From assembly GCA_043228905.1 (NCBI GenBank), contig JBHGNT010000191.1:1-56212 (forward strand): a stretch of 56,212 nt of DNA, in the 5' to 3' direction. Source of the DNA: Azolla caroliniana (Eukaryota; Plantae; Polypodiophyta). The translations under genes and the position numbers were made by a program. Each line of letters starts with the position of its first letter. Position 1 is the stretch's first letter. The notes under the pieces are model-generated. The model ran no database searches and was not told where the DNA came from. It saw nothing but the letters and a program-made list of their open reading frames with translations. Of this stretch, positions 28,717-40,552 are shown piece by piece.

Positions 28717-28920
28717 ATACATACATACATACGTACATGCATGCATGCATGCATAGTGTGTTATGTGGAGTTAGCTCTCCAGTTGATGGATGACGTAGAT
28801 GAGATGAGGATCCTTCGCGTTTTGGCTTTGGCTTTGGCTTTGGCTTTCGTCAAGCTATCCCATGCACAATATGCCTTAACATTAGCTTGAAACGCTACGC
28901 ATTTAGTGAGTGAGTGAGTG
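28717..28920. repeat. Cluster of short microsatellites
   Basis: (ATAC)n/(ATGC)n at ~28717-28754, (TTTGGC)4 at ~28821-28847, (GAGT)n at ~28905-28920. Confidence 0.7.
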
Positions 28921-29091
28921 CACTTGTCCCATTCTTATAAACACATATATAATTGAGCATTGTAATTATAAGTTACTTGTTTGGTCACAATTGTTAGAAG
29001 TTATAAATAACTAATTAGCTGATAGTGAGCAACTACTTCGTTAATTACTAAATATAACCCCACACCACAAGTTATTAATAGTAAAAAAACA

Positions 29092-29102
29092 TGGTATCAG
29101 AG
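29092..29102 (+). other. Primer-binding site, initiator tRNA-Met type
   Basis: TGGTATCAGAG directly after ...AACA and upstream of gag. Confidence 0.85.
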
Positions 29103-29203
29103 AATCAATAGTATGAAGCCTGAAAATATATTACCCGCACCATACTCTACTTTTGTTGATCAATATAAACATATAATAAAAAAAAGATAATAGCCTCAAC
29201 ATT

Positions 29204-30512
29204 ATGGCAAGCTCCACTTAAACAAGAAAATACTCGGTAGATAGACTTACCGCAAAAAACTACAGAGCTTGGAAACCAAGGATGGAGCTACTACTTGATT
29301 TGGAGGAGCTACTTGAAGTCATCACCGAAACTTGTCAAGCACAAAAAAATACACAATCAAAAGCATGGAAAGATTGGAAAAACAAAGACAAAAGGGCAAA
29401 GCTTGAAACACTGCTACATGTAGAAGACAAGCAAGCTGATGGCATTCGAAAACTCACAACTACAATAGAAATGTGGTCCAAAGTAAAATAGATGTTTGAA
29501 CCACAAGATGGTACTACTAGAATCCATACTCTTCCTACCTTGTTTCACATGTGGGTTTTGCAGGAAGAAGAAAATGTTCTTACCTTCTTGGATACCTGGG
29601 AGATATATCTCGAAGAAGCTATCATTGCGGGAAATGAAATCTCAGAAGAAATGAAGATTGAGCTCCTATTGAGTAAACTTCTAGAATCCTGGAGCACGTT
29701 TGTCACAATGAATAGCCAAGGTAATTCTTTGTCTGATTTGATTACCAAGATCCGCCATGAAAAACTTCGGCGGCAATTAAAAGAATCCACTCCATCTTTG
29801 GCAATGACTGTAACATTTAGCAGAACACAAAAATCATCTTATAATAATAGATATAGAGCTAAATTGGATGCTTACAGAAATGCAGAAATATCAAGTACCA
29901 ACAAGGTAAATGATGCTTGTAAAGCTTCAACAAAACAATCCAATGGTGGTTGCAAACTGATTTGCAGATATTGTAAGAAAGAAGGGCATACAGAAAGGGC
30001 ATGTCGATTGAAGCAAGTTGCAGAGAACAAAAGACGATCACAAGAAAATAATGCAACATTAGAAGACAAATCAAACTTGAAGTCAAAAGAATATATAGAA
30101 TTTGGATGAAATACCAGAAGATGACAATATTTTGCAAGCATACCATGTCACTACAGAAGAGACAAAAACCGAACATGATACATGGTACCTAGACACTAGT
30201 GCTACACATCACCTCACATATCGAAAGGACTGGTTGAATTGCTATAAGATTCTTTCCAATCCACTATCAGTTACTTTTGGAGACAACAAACGAAAAACAA
30301 CAATTGGAAAAGGAACTATTGAACTCAGATTGTCAGACAATCACGTGATTACAGTCCCAAATGTCTATTATGTACTAGGACTAGCTAAACACCTATTATC
30401 AATTGGACAAGCAACTGTAGATGGACTAATAATATAATTATGTAAATAGAACGCAATTCTAATTTTCAAAACTGGAAACACAAGTACACAGTTGGTGTGT
30501 CCTAAGGAGACG
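29204..30512 (+). pseudogene. Copia gag-protease remnant
   Basis: ORFs 29282-29491, 29492-30109 and 30102-30437 separated by a stop and a frameshift. Confidence 0.88.
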
Positions 30513-30552
30513 ACTAGAATATTACATTAACTAATTTATTTACTAAATGAAT

Positions 30553-30625
30553 TCCATTGTAGTTTAGTTGGTTCGGATCATTGCTTTTTTACCCGACACG
30601 CCCGGGTACAACTACAGGCAATGAC
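30553..30625 (+). pseudogene. Degenerate full-length tRNA-Glu remnant
   Basis: TCCATTGTAGTTTAGTTGGTTCGGATC...CCCGGGTACAACTACAGGCAATG is colinear with the intact tRNA. Confidence 0.8.
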
Positions 30626-30808
30626 AACACTAGATACATCATAGATCATAAGTTCATGTGGGTCAGATAAAAACCCTTGAAATTATTAAATCTTAAAAAT
30701 GACAATGTGTTACAATAATCCTCAGTTTTTCGTTAATGCTTACGCAATATATAAATATTATTTATTTCTAGACAATGATTGCAATATTAAAAAGCACACA
30801 AGATGTGA

Positions 30809-30881
30809 TCCATTGTAGTCTAGTTGGTTAAGATACTCGGCTCTCACCCGAGAGACCTGGGTTCAACTCCCACCAATGGAA
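30809..30881 (+). tRNA. tRNA-Glu(CTC), diverged copy and probable pseudogene
   Basis: Four substitutions versus the array gene (D arm TTAAGAT; T arm CTGGG/CCCAC with a C:C mismatch); anticodon and acceptor stems intact. Confidence 0.75.
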
Positions 30882-31544
30882 AAGACAATATCATATATCA
30901 AATTTTGTGACGCATGTCATTTCTTAACTGTTCGATAACTCAAAAACTCAAGACCTAAAGTAGTTGTTACAATAATGTACAATTAATAAAATAATCAATA
31001 TTATGTATGGAGGATTGATAAAGAACTTTTCTTTGATTTTTTTCTCCTAACATCAATTTCTAAATTTAATCCCATTATTCAATTAATAGTACAGGTTTTG
31101 AAATGAAATTTCACAAAACATTACGTTGTTTGGGCCAAGAAGAAGCAGTATATTTAGTTGTGGTTTTTCGTCAACATTGGTACGACAAATTGGTACACCA
31201 ACAATTATAGTTTGGATAACTCGATACAATTTTAAACAATACGCATAGATTTCAGAATAATGGTTAACAGTCGATGAGCATTGCACCATGTTTTTTTATT
31301 TGTAACAAAGGACTAGAATGGTACATTAACTAATTCATTTACTAAATGAATTCCATTGTAATCAAGTAGATATATGATATATCATGAGTTAATGTGGCAT
31401 AGATAAAAACCCTTGAAATTATTAAATCTTAAAAACGAGAGTGTGTTAGAATAATCTTCAGTTTTTCGTTGTTGCTTGCACAAAAGATAAATATTATATT
31501 TTTCTAATCAATGATTGCAAAAAAAAATAGTGCAGAAGATGTGA

Positions 31545-31587
31545 GCCATTTTCGTCTATTTCGTTAGAATACTTGGCTCTCACACGA
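31545..31587 (+). pseudogene. 5' part of a tRNA-Glu copy split by the Gypsy insertion
   Basis: GCCATTTTCGTCTATTTCGTTAGAATACTTGGCTCTCACACGA equals tRNA positions 1-43 and continues at 38504. Confidence 0.9.
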
Positions 31588-32239
31588 TGTCGTGAAGAAA
31601 ACCGTCCACGAGCGGAATCGGTGCGCCGGAGCATAGGAACCGGCTCTTCATGCACGTACGCCTTGTGATATACATAAGAGAGAATTAGGGACATGGAAGA
31701 TCCTAGGTAGGTAGATTCGGTAGGTAGGAAGTTAATAGGAAACGGCTCCCTTCTTGCCTATAAAAGGAGGGAGACGAGGAGGAGGAAGGGGATCGCGGAG
31801 AGTCGAGGACGAAGTGCTGTCGGTTTGTGGGTCAGAGGCTTCTCTCTCTCTCTCGCTCGCAAACTCCGTAGCTTCTTCCTGTGGAGGTTTTGGGAGGCTC
31901 GCGCTGCTCTAAGGAATGCCCGAGTGCTTCCGGCAGCACCTCCAACCTACTCTTTCCTTTCTGTGCGTTTACGAACAGGCATCGGCATCTGTTCGCCGGC
32001 CTGTTCGGTTGTAACCAACTTCGTGCTTCTTGTTGTTTGTCTCTGTTAATATATACATACATACCTTCGTGTCTCTCTGTGTTGGATTCCCGCTCGCGTC
32101 TTCGTGTCGAAGGGCCGTGTCCCTGTGGATCTACGCTCGCACCTAGTGGGTCTCTTCCCTTCTCCTTTCTCTCTTGCTCTTCGGTACAAGACCCCGAGGT
32201 CCCGCCTCATTCCACGCATCCGCGAGGAATACCTCGACA
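31588..32239 (+). repeat. 5' LTR (652 bp)
   Basis: Direct repeat of 37851-38503; TATAAAA at 31759-31765. Confidence 0.97.
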
Positions 32240-32242
32240 TCT

Positions 32243-32260
32243 TGGTGAACCCGACGTGAA
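32243..32260 (+). other. Primer-binding site complementary to tRNA-Trp
   Basis: TGGTGAACCCGACGTGAA is the reverse complement of TTCACGTCGGGTTCA-CCA, the 3' end of plant cytosolic tRNA-Trp(CCA) as recalled. Confidence 0.88.
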
Positions 32261-32282
32261 GGAGGCGGCAGAAGAGCAGAAG

Positions 32283-34304
32283 ATGAAGGGGTCGGATCTT
32301 GCGGAGGCCATGGCTTCGGCCGTGGATCGGATATTGAGCGCACGCGAGGGCACCGGCGCCCTCGACAGAGCCATTGAGGTGGTCGTCGGTACGATCGGCC
32401 GGTTCAGCGGAAAGGATGCCACGAAGTATTTGGCGTCCTACGGGGCAGAAATGCTGATGCGGGACATTCCGGAAGAGAGGCGTCTTGCCGGGTTTCCTCG
32501 AGTGGCGATGCCGAGCATCCATGCGGAGGTGCTCGAGGTGCGGGCAGAGAGCCGTACCTGGGAGGAGTTCGAAGGCCGACTCCTAGAAAAATACGGGCTG
32601 GACGACGCGCTCCGGCTTTCGAAACGAGACTTCATGGAATGGGTGGAGTCCCCCGACAAGGGAAGAAACGCGTCGGCACTCCTCCGGGAGTTCGAAGAAC
32701 GCTTTGCGCGCCTTTCGGCGCTTGACCGAACCGTTCTGGATACGAGCCGGGTCCTACTGTTCGTCAAGTCGGTGGACGAGCGGGACCGGGATCAAGTCGG
32801 CTCCTTGCTGGAAACCGAAGACGGGCTGACAACCGACTGGGCTGCGGTTAAGAGAGTCTGTGGCCGTTTCGACAAACGGCGAGAATGGGCTGACAACGGG
32901 GCGGCTGGTGCGGGCTTTGTCACAGCAAGGAGGCTTGAACCAGCACCGCAAGGGCGAAGGGAAGAAACCCGGGAATGGCTCGAAACCGGTCCGGCTTCGA
33001 CCGGCATGGTCAGTGGCTCGTCCGGAGGAGCAGCGCTGGAAGAGTTGACACGGGCGATAAAGGATCTCCAGATCGCCCAGACTCGAAAGGAAGGCGGCGA
33101 ACCGGCTCGTGACCGACGACCGGCAGCAGGGAACAAGTGCATGTGGTGCGACGAGGTCGGCCACATTCGGAAGGACTGCGGCGATTTCGCAGAGGCATTG
33201 AGGAACCGGGTGGTGTACATGTGGGAAGGCCGGGACTCGGCGTCGGGCGGTATTCGGGTCGGGGGCAGCGAGGCCCGAAAGGAGAGCAAAGAGGGATTCT
33301 GGTCAGCAATGCTGGAAGGCCTCGCCGGCGCACGGCTGAGGAAAGATGAAATGGACCGCGCTGAGAGACGGGTCCGGGAAATAACCGGGTGGAGCGATCC
33401 GGTCGAGGAGAAGACGGGCTTCATAGAAGCCGCCTGCTGGAACTACGAGGCTCTGGTAGAAGACAGACGAGTGGGGAAAGCCGGAGCGGCCGGGCCCTCA
33501 CAACGATACGAGACCCGATTCGGGCAACGACGGAACAATGCCGGTGGGTCCAGCTCGCAAGATAACCCCAGGAAGGGCGGATACCGACTAGGGACGGAAA
33601 TAGAAAGGACCACGGACCTACGAAAGGTCCTAGAAGAACGGATCCTCGACAGCAAAGTGGAGTTGTCATCGCGGGAGGTGCTAGGGATCGCCAAGAAGGA
33701 GTTCCATGACTCCATTGTAGACTTGGTGAAACGGAAGAGGCTGTCGACGGAGACGGAACCGGAAAGACCGGTGGAGGTGCGGACGACGCACATCGACGAC
33801 TTAGCACTGGAAGATGGGTGGGCGGAGAGCCACTATTCGAGGCCACACTGGGCCCGAGTGACCACGGAGACCCCGGTAAAGATCGGAGATGTTCAAGAAC
33901 CGGTGGTAGCACTGGTGGACCACGGTTCGGAAATAAACCTGATGTCCATGGACTTCTATAAGAAGGGAAAATGGCCGATCAACACCAAGTATGGGTGGAA
34001 GATATGGGCGGCGACACGCGCCACCGAGGAACTGCACGGGGCCTGCCTGAATGTGCGAGTCAAGATCTGCGACGTCGAGATTGACCAGCACTTCTTCGTA
34101 CAGGAGACGTCCTCGCATCCGGTCATTTTAGGGGAACCATACATAACGGCGGCGAGAATGGAGACCAAAGTGCTGGACAACAGTTCGGCCTACGCGAGGG
34201 TCAAAAGCCAGGATGGGCGCCATTCGGTCCAATTTCTGACGGTGCGGCCGAACCACGAGCGAAACCACAAATCCCTCGGTGGCGAGAACCAGGAGGATTT
34301 TTAG
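32283..34304 (+). CDS. gag: Gypsy Gag-protease polyprotein
   Basis: First ATG after the PBS (MKGSDLAEAM...); CCHC knuckle CMWCDEVGHIRKDC; aspartic protease-like ALVDHGSEINLM. The ORF-track start at 31881 lies inside the LTR. Confidence 0.9.
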   Translation: MKGSDLAEAMASAVDRILSAREGTGALDRAIEVVVGTIGRFSGKDATKYLASYGAEMLMRDIPEERRLAGFPRVAMPSIHAEVLEVRAESRTWEEFEGRLLEKYGLDDALRLSKRDFMEWVESPDKGRNASALLREFEERFARLSALDRTVLDTSRVLLFVKSVDERDRDQVGSLLETEDGLTTDWAAVKRVCGRFDKRREWADNGAAGAGFVTARRLEPAPQGRREETREWLETGPASTGMVSGSSGGAALEELTRAIKDLQIAQTRKEGGEPARDRRPAAGNKCMWCDEVGHIRKDCGDFAEALRNRVVYMWEGRDSASGGIRVGGSEARKESKEGFWSAMLEGLAGARLRKDEMDRAERRVREITGWSDPVEEKTGFIEAACWNYEALVEDRRVGKAGAAGPSQRYETRFGQRRNNAGGSSSQDNPRKGGYRLGTEIERTTDLRKVLEERILDSKVELSSREVLGIAKKEFHDSIVDLVKRKRLSTETEPERPVEVRTTHIDDLALEDGWAESHYSRPHWARVTTETPVKIGDVQEPVVALVDHGSEINLMSMDFYKKGKWPINTKYGWKIWAATRATEELHGACLNVRVKICDVEIDQHFFVQETSSHPVILGEPYITAARMETKVLDNSSAYARVKSQDGRHSVQFLTVRPNHERNHKSLGGENQEDF

Positions 34305-37300
34305 AGAGGGCTGCCAAGGCGTGGGGCCGAGACAGTCCGGACACTCGGGAAAGACCCCACAGCTGTACGATAGAACCGAAACCGAAGAAACCCTGTACAG
34401 TAGGAAGAAAATTTTGCTTCTCCAACAACGGAGGGTGTATGATAGTTGGCATCGTTGGCCGAGAAAAGGCAAGGGCAGAGGAGCGACTTCGAGCGTGCGG
34501 AGTTCCCGGCCCGGACGAGGAAATTAGCGGCGCCGTGGAGGCGGTCTCCTTCGACGACAGCTTGGGGATGCTGAGGAAGTTAGCCGGAGAAGACCTTAAC
34601 GAAGACCGGACGATACCAGTATGTTCCGAAGAGATGTACGAAGTCATCGCGAGCTTCAGTCAGGGGCTCGGGTCGGACCGGACGGCCCGAGTTAGCACGA
34701 AGTACAAGACTGTGGACCGGAAGGTAAGGCCCGTCGCGGCACCCTTGCCGGAGGGCAGCGAGTCCCGAATCAGAGGGGTTGCGTCGGACCCCAGTTTGCG
34801 AGATCCGGTCTTCATAGGACACACCTTCACCGACGGGACGCTCCGGGAGCTCAAAATCGGTGGGGGCGGGTTCCTACTGCCGGCGGAGGAAGACCGGTTT
34901 CGGAGAATGCTCGTAAGGCACGGGAAAGCCTTCGCATTCTCGCCGGAAGAGATCGGGTGCGTAGACCCGACAATCGTGGAGCCGATGGTGATATTCACGG
35001 TACCGCATGTGCCGTGGAATCTCAAGCCGATTCTGGTACCGAGAGCTCACATCCCGAAATTGATGGAGCTATTGAGGCAGAAAGTCGATATGGGCATTCT
35101 CGAACCGTCAAGTGCCCCATACTCGAACCGATGGTTTACCGTACCAAAGAAAAACATAACATTGCGCTTCATTCAAGACTTGCAGCCGGTCAACAGAGTG
35201 ACCATTCGGAACGCATGAATCGGACCGACCATAGACGAGTTTGCGGAGGCCTTCGCCGGAAGGTCGATTTACTCGGTCGGTGATCTATACTCGAGGTACG
35301 ACCAGTTCCAGCTAGCCGTGGAGAGCAGAGACATTACGACGATGCGAACTCCCCTCGGCCTAGTGCGAATGTGTACCCTGCCACAAGGAGGGACCAACTC
35401 GGTGGCCCACATGGTGAATGCAATGAACAAGGTACTGAGGGATTGCATCCCGGACATCACCATGCCATTTCTAGACGACATCCCGATCAAAGGGTGCCCG
35501 GTGGAAGAGAATGACGAGACACTCGGGCCGGACGGATGCCGGCGATTCGTGGCAACAGACATTGAAGACTGCGAGAAGGTGCTACAAAGGCTAGAGGACG
35601 CGAGGCTCACCTTCTCCGGGGAGAAATCGGCCTTCGGGCAATTAGAAATCCTGGTGGTCGGACACCTATGTGGACCATATGGCCGGAAGCCGTCTCCGGC
35701 AAAGGTAGAAGCCATCTCCGCGATGAAGACCGACTGTAGCTCGGTTACGGAAGTTCGGAGGTTCCTGGGGGCATGCGCTTTCTACCACATATGGATCCCG
35801 CATTACGCCCACGTTGCGGAGCCGCTATACGGGTTGCTGAAAAATTCGAGTGGCGAGACGAGCACACGGAGTCGGTCCGGAAGCTCTTGCGGCAGCACCA
35901 GCGCTCCGGAAGGCTGTCTACGAGAAGAGTACCCCGGTATACATAACGGTGGATACGAGCCCGACCGGGATCGGATGGGTCGTCAACCAAGAAGACGAGG
36001 ACGGCACCCGGTTCCCGATCCGATTCGGCGCAAAGGTCCTCAGTGAGCGACAGCGAGGGTACGCCCAGGTTAAACGCGAACTCTGGGGTATTGTTTCGGC
36101 AGTAAAGTCCGACAAAGACTACCTGATCGGGACAGAAGTGATTATCGAGAGGATTGCCTGCCAATTCTCGGCATGGTTTCCGGATGCGCGACACCGGACC
36201 TGGCGATGCTCAGGTGGATAGCGTACATCAAGTCCCTGGACCCGGAAATACGACACATTTCCAGAAAAGACAACGCCATGGCCGACATGCTTTCGAGGAC
36301 GAGGTTTGATGACGAGTGCGGCATGGTTTCGGAGGACGAAGAAGTCGGCGTGGTCTTCTTCGGAGCAGCGTACGTGACGACCGATGGGACGAGCACTCCG
36401 ACACTTAACGACTTTGACGAGAGCAAGTACGACGGCGACTGGCTATAGATCGGTGGGTTTTTGAGGACAATGACGCCGGATACGTCATGGACGAGGGACG
36501 AGGCCAACCGGATCCGGAAGAAAGCATACCGATTCTTTCTCCGGGACGGATACTTATGGAAGCACCCGAAGAAGAGGAAGGGTGTCCCGCTCCGGGTGGT
36601 GGCGATGAAGGAAGAACAGGAGGAGCTGCTGACGGCCTACCACGACAGCCCCTGGGCTGGACACCGTGGAACGTGGGCCACGTTCGAGAAGATAAAGGGG
36701 AAGTACTGGTGGCCGGGACTGTACCGGGACGTGCATCGGTTCGTGACAACTTGCGAGAGTTGTCAGATGCACTCCATAGTCTGACATCGGGACGAGCTTC
36801 ACCCTACATACCCTCCGACCATCCACTTCAAATGGATGGTAGATCTGGTGACGATGCCGATGGGAGTAGGACAGATGCGGTATTTGGTCCTGGCTCGGGA
36901 AGATCTGACGAACCAGGTGGAAGACCGAGCCCTTCAGAGCAAAACGACCACGGTCGTATGTCGGTTCCTGATCGAGGACCGGATATGCCGGTACGGGTGC
37001 GTCGGGAAGATCGTGGCTGATCGCGGGGAGTTGGACGCTGAAGAGGCCGAGGAGTTGTTCGGCCGGCTAGGAGTCAAGCTCTCGCTTACCACTGCGTACA
37101 ATCCGGAGGCGAATGGGAAGGTGGAGCGCGGACACGGACCGATCGTCAAGGCGTTAGTTCGGGCATGCGGAGGTCAAGTCGGGAACTGGCCGCAGTTGCT
37201 GCCTTATGCGTTGTGGGCTGACCGAACTACGCACAATTCGGTAACCGGATTCATGCCGGCAGAGCTCATGTTTGGGCAGAAGCCGATCATGCCGATGGAA

Positions 37301-37777
37301 CGTACGATCTCCTCATGGGCAACCGTGCACTGGAGAGACGAGATGAACCAGGAGGAACTGTTGGCGGCGCGCATACGACAGCTCGAGCGAAGGCCGGAGG
37401 ACGTGGAGCAGGCTGCGGGAAAGCTTCGGGTGGCAAGGACGACGAACAAAGCCCGGTTCGACCGAACGCACCGGCTCCGACCAAAGAAGATCGAGGAAGG
37501 CGACTGGGTGCTAGTCTACGACAGCAGCCTCGACAACCAGCACCGAGCGACACGGAAGTTCGCAAGAAGGTGGTTCGGGCCTTACGTGGTCCAAAGCGCC
37601 AACAACAACGGGACGTACCATCTGGCGGAACTTGACGGCACGAGAATGGCAATACCGGTAGCTGGGAAGCGGATCAAAGCGTTCAAGAAGCGTCACGACG
37701 ACGAGCCGGATCCGGTTAACCTGGACCGGAACGACGAACGATCCGAAACCGAGGAAGAACCGACGGGCAGGGAATGA
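34295..37777 (+). pseudogene. pol: Gypsy Pol (RT-RNase H-integrase), disrupted
   Basis: RT motifs LPQGGTNS and FLDD (35468-35479), RNase H VDTSPTGIG, integrase HHCC (HDSPWAGH...CESC) and AYNPEANGKVER. Stops at 35216, 36446 and 36782; frameshifts near 35845 and 36150. Confidence 0.93.
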
Positions 37778-37837
37778 AGGCTGGACCGGTTTTCTCCGTC
37801 CCAACTCAATTTGGCGCATGCCGGTGGATGCGCGGTT

Positions 37838-37850
37838 AAGTGGGGGCGGA
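37838..37850 (+). other. Polypurine tract
   Basis: AAGTGGGGGCGGA abutting the 3' LTR. Confidence 0.8.
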
Positions 37851-38503
37851 TGTCGTGAAGAAAACTGTCCACGAGCGGAATCGGTGCGCCGGAGCATAGG
37901 AACCGGCTCTTCATGCACGTACGCCTTGTGATATACATAAGAGAGAATTAGGGACATGGAAGATCCTAGGTAGGTAGATTCGGTAGGTAGGAAGTTAATA
38001 GGAAACGGCTCCCTTCTTGCCTATAAAAGGAGGGAGACGAGGAGGAGGAAGGGGATCGCGGAGAGTCGAGGACGAAGTGTTGTCGGTTTGTGGGTCGGAG
38101 GCTTCTCTCTCTCTCTCGCTCGCAAACTCCGTAGCTTCTTGCTGTGCAGGTTTCGGGAGGCTCGCGCTGCTCTAAGGAATGCTCGAGTGCTTCCGGTAGC
38201 ACCTCCAACCTACTCTTTCCTTTCTGTGCGTTTACGAACAGGCATCGGCATCTGTTCGCCGGCCTGTTCGGTTGTAACCAACTTCGTGCTTCTTGTTGTT
38301 TGTCTCTGTTAATATATACATACATACCTTCGTGTCTCTCTGTGTTGGTTTCCCGCTCGCGTCTTCGTGTCGAAGGGCCGTGTCCCTGTGGATCTACGCT
38401 CGCACCTAGTGGGTCTCTTCCCTTCTCCTTTCTCTCTTGCTCTTCGGTACAAGACCCCCGAGGTCCCGCCTCATTCCACACATCCGCGAGGAATACCTCG
38501 ACA
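37851..38503 (+). repeat. 3' LTR (653 bp)
   Basis: About 10 substitutions and 1 indel versus the 5' LTR, counted by eye. Confidence 0.97.
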
Positions 38504-38537
38504 ACGAGAGACCCGGGTTCAACTCCCGGGAATAGAA
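38504..38537 (+). pseudogene. 3' part of the Gypsy-split tRNA-Glu
   Basis: ACGAGAGACCCGGGTTCAACTCCCGGGAATAGAA equals tRNA positions 40-73. Confidence 0.9.
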
Positions 38538-38861
38538 AGGACAATATCATATATCAAATTTTGCGACGCATGTGATTTGTTAACTATTTAATAACTCAAA
38601 AACTAACGACGTAAAGTAGTTGTTATAATAATGTAAAATTAACAAAATAATAAATATTATGTTTGAAGGATTGATAACGAAATTTACTTTGATTTTTTAC
38701 TCCTCACATCCATTTCAAAACTTAATCCCATTATTCGATTAATGGTAGCGGTTTCGAATGAAATTGGAATAAATATTATGTTTTTCGGGACAACAACAGA
38801 TAGTCTATTTCGTTGTCGTTATTCCTCAACATTGTTACGATAAAAACCACACAAAATGTGA

Positions 38862-38934
38862 TCCATTGTAGTCTAGTTGGTTAGGATACTCGGCTCTCAC
38901 CCGAGAGACCCAGGTAAAACTCCCGACAATGGAA
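38862..38934 (+). pseudogene. tRNA-Glu pseudogene at the array border
   Basis: T arm/B box mutated to CCAGGTAAAACTCCCGA. Confidence 0.88.
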
Positions 38935-40479
38935 ACGACAATATCATATATTAAATTTCGGACGAATATCATGTGTTAACGGTTTGACAACTCAAAAACT
39001 CAAGACCTAAAGTAGATGTTACAATGATGTACAATTAACAAAATAGTCAATATTATGTTTGAAGGATTCATGACGAACATTACTTTGATTTTTCTCTCCT
39101 AACATCAATTTCTAAACTTAATCCCATTATTCGATTAATGGTAGAGGTTTCAAATGAAATTGGACAAAACCTTATGTTGTTCGGGACAACAAGAAGCAGT
39201 ATCTTTGGTTGTGGTTATTCGTCAACATTGGTACGACAAATTGGTACACCAACAATTATAGTTTGGATAACTGGATACAATTTCAAAAAATACGCATAGA
39301 TTGCAGAATAATGGTCAAATGTCGATGAGCATTGCACCATGTTTCTTTATTTGTAACAAAGGGCTAGAATGGTACATTAACTATTTCATTTACTAAATGA
39401 ATTCCATTGTAATCAAGTTGCCTCGGATCCTTGCTTTCTACCTGAGACGCCCGGGTACAAGTAGATCTATCATATATCATGAGTTAATGTGGCATCGATA
39501 AAAACCCTTGACATTACTAAATGTTAAAAATGAAAGTGTGTTAGAATAATCCTCAGTTTTTTGTTGATGCTTGCAAACTTAATCCCATTATTCAATTAAT
39601 AGGAGAGGTTTCAAATGAAATTTGACAAAACATTAGGTTGTTCGGGACAAGAAGAAACAATATATTTAGTCGTGGTTATTTGTCAGCATGGTTACGACAA
39701 ATTAGTACACCGACAATTATAGTTTGGATAACTTCATAGAGTTTCCCGAAATACGCATAGATTGTAGAATAATGGTGAACTCTCGATCAACATTGCGTCA
39801 TAGTTCTTTATTTGAAGCAAAGCACTAGAATATTATATTAACTAATTCATGTACTGAATCAATTCTATTGTAGTCTAGTTGGTTCGGATCCTTGTTTTTT
39901 ACACGAGACTCCGGGGTACAACAATAGCCATTGGAAAAACTAGATACATCATAGATCATTATGTAATGTCACATCGATAAAACCCCTTGAAATGATTAAA
40001 TGTTAAAAACGAGAGTGTGTGAGAGCAATCCTCAATTTCTTGTTGATGCTTGCGCAATATGTAAATACTATTTATTACTAATCTATGATTGCAATATATC
40101 TATACACAAGATAGGAGCCATTGTAATCTAGTTGGTTAGGGACAACATTATGTTGTTCGGGACAACAAGAAGCAGTATATTTGGTTTTGGTTAATCGTCA
40201 ACATTGGTACGACAAATTACTACACCAACAATTATAGTTTGGATATCACAATACAATTTCAAGCAATACGCATAGATCGCAGACTATTGGTCAAATGTCG
40301 ATGAGCATTGCACCATGTTTCTATATTTGAAGTAAACCACTAGAATATTACATTAACTAAATCATTTACTAAATGAATTCCATTGTAGTCTTGTTGGTTC
40401 GGATCCTTGTTTAAGCAATATATAAATATTATTTATTACGAATCAATGATTGTTACGATAAAAAGCGCACAACATGTGA

Positions 40480-40552
40480 TCCATTGTAGTCTAGTTGGTT
40501 AGGATACTCGGCTCTCACCCGAGAGACCCGGGTTCAACTCCCGGCAATGGAA
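40480..40552 (+). tRNA. tRNA-Glu(CTC)
   Basis: Same sequence as 1298-1370. Confidence 0.97.

Larger units (their letters stand above)
28992..30512 (+). mobile_element. 3'-truncated, AT-rich Ty1/Copia retrotransposon (short 5' LTR, PBS, gag, protease)
   Basis: PBS TGGTATCAGAG, gag with CRYCKKEGHTERAC zinc knuckle, protease WYLDTSATHH, VPNVYYV..LAKHLLSIGQ; internal stops. Cut off at 30512 by satellite. The LTR start (TGTTAG, 28992) is tentative. Confidence 0.88.
30513..31587 (+). repeat. Diverged relic units of the tRNA-Glu satellite
   Basis: Same spacer motifs as the arrays, with many substitutions and a shorter organisation (tRNA copies at 30809 and 31545, 736 bp apart). Confidence 0.92.
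31588..38503 (+). mobile_element. Full-length Ty3/Gypsy LTR retrotransposon, 6916 bp, no chromodomain recognised
   Basis: Paired LTRs TGTCG...CGACA, 4-bp TSD ACGA (31584-31587 and 38504-38507), PBS, PPT, and domain order Gag-PR-RT-RH-INT. Confidence 0.98.

Noticed and set aside
31881-32282. N-terminal extension of the 807-aa ORF and ORFs in the 3' LTR (37966-38591)
   Set aside because: They lie within LTR/PBS sequence; chance open frames in GC-rich DNA.
32046-37957. Numerous antisense and alternate-frame ORFs in the Gypsy interior
   Set aside because: Shadow ORFs of GC-rich gag-pol with no independent motifs.
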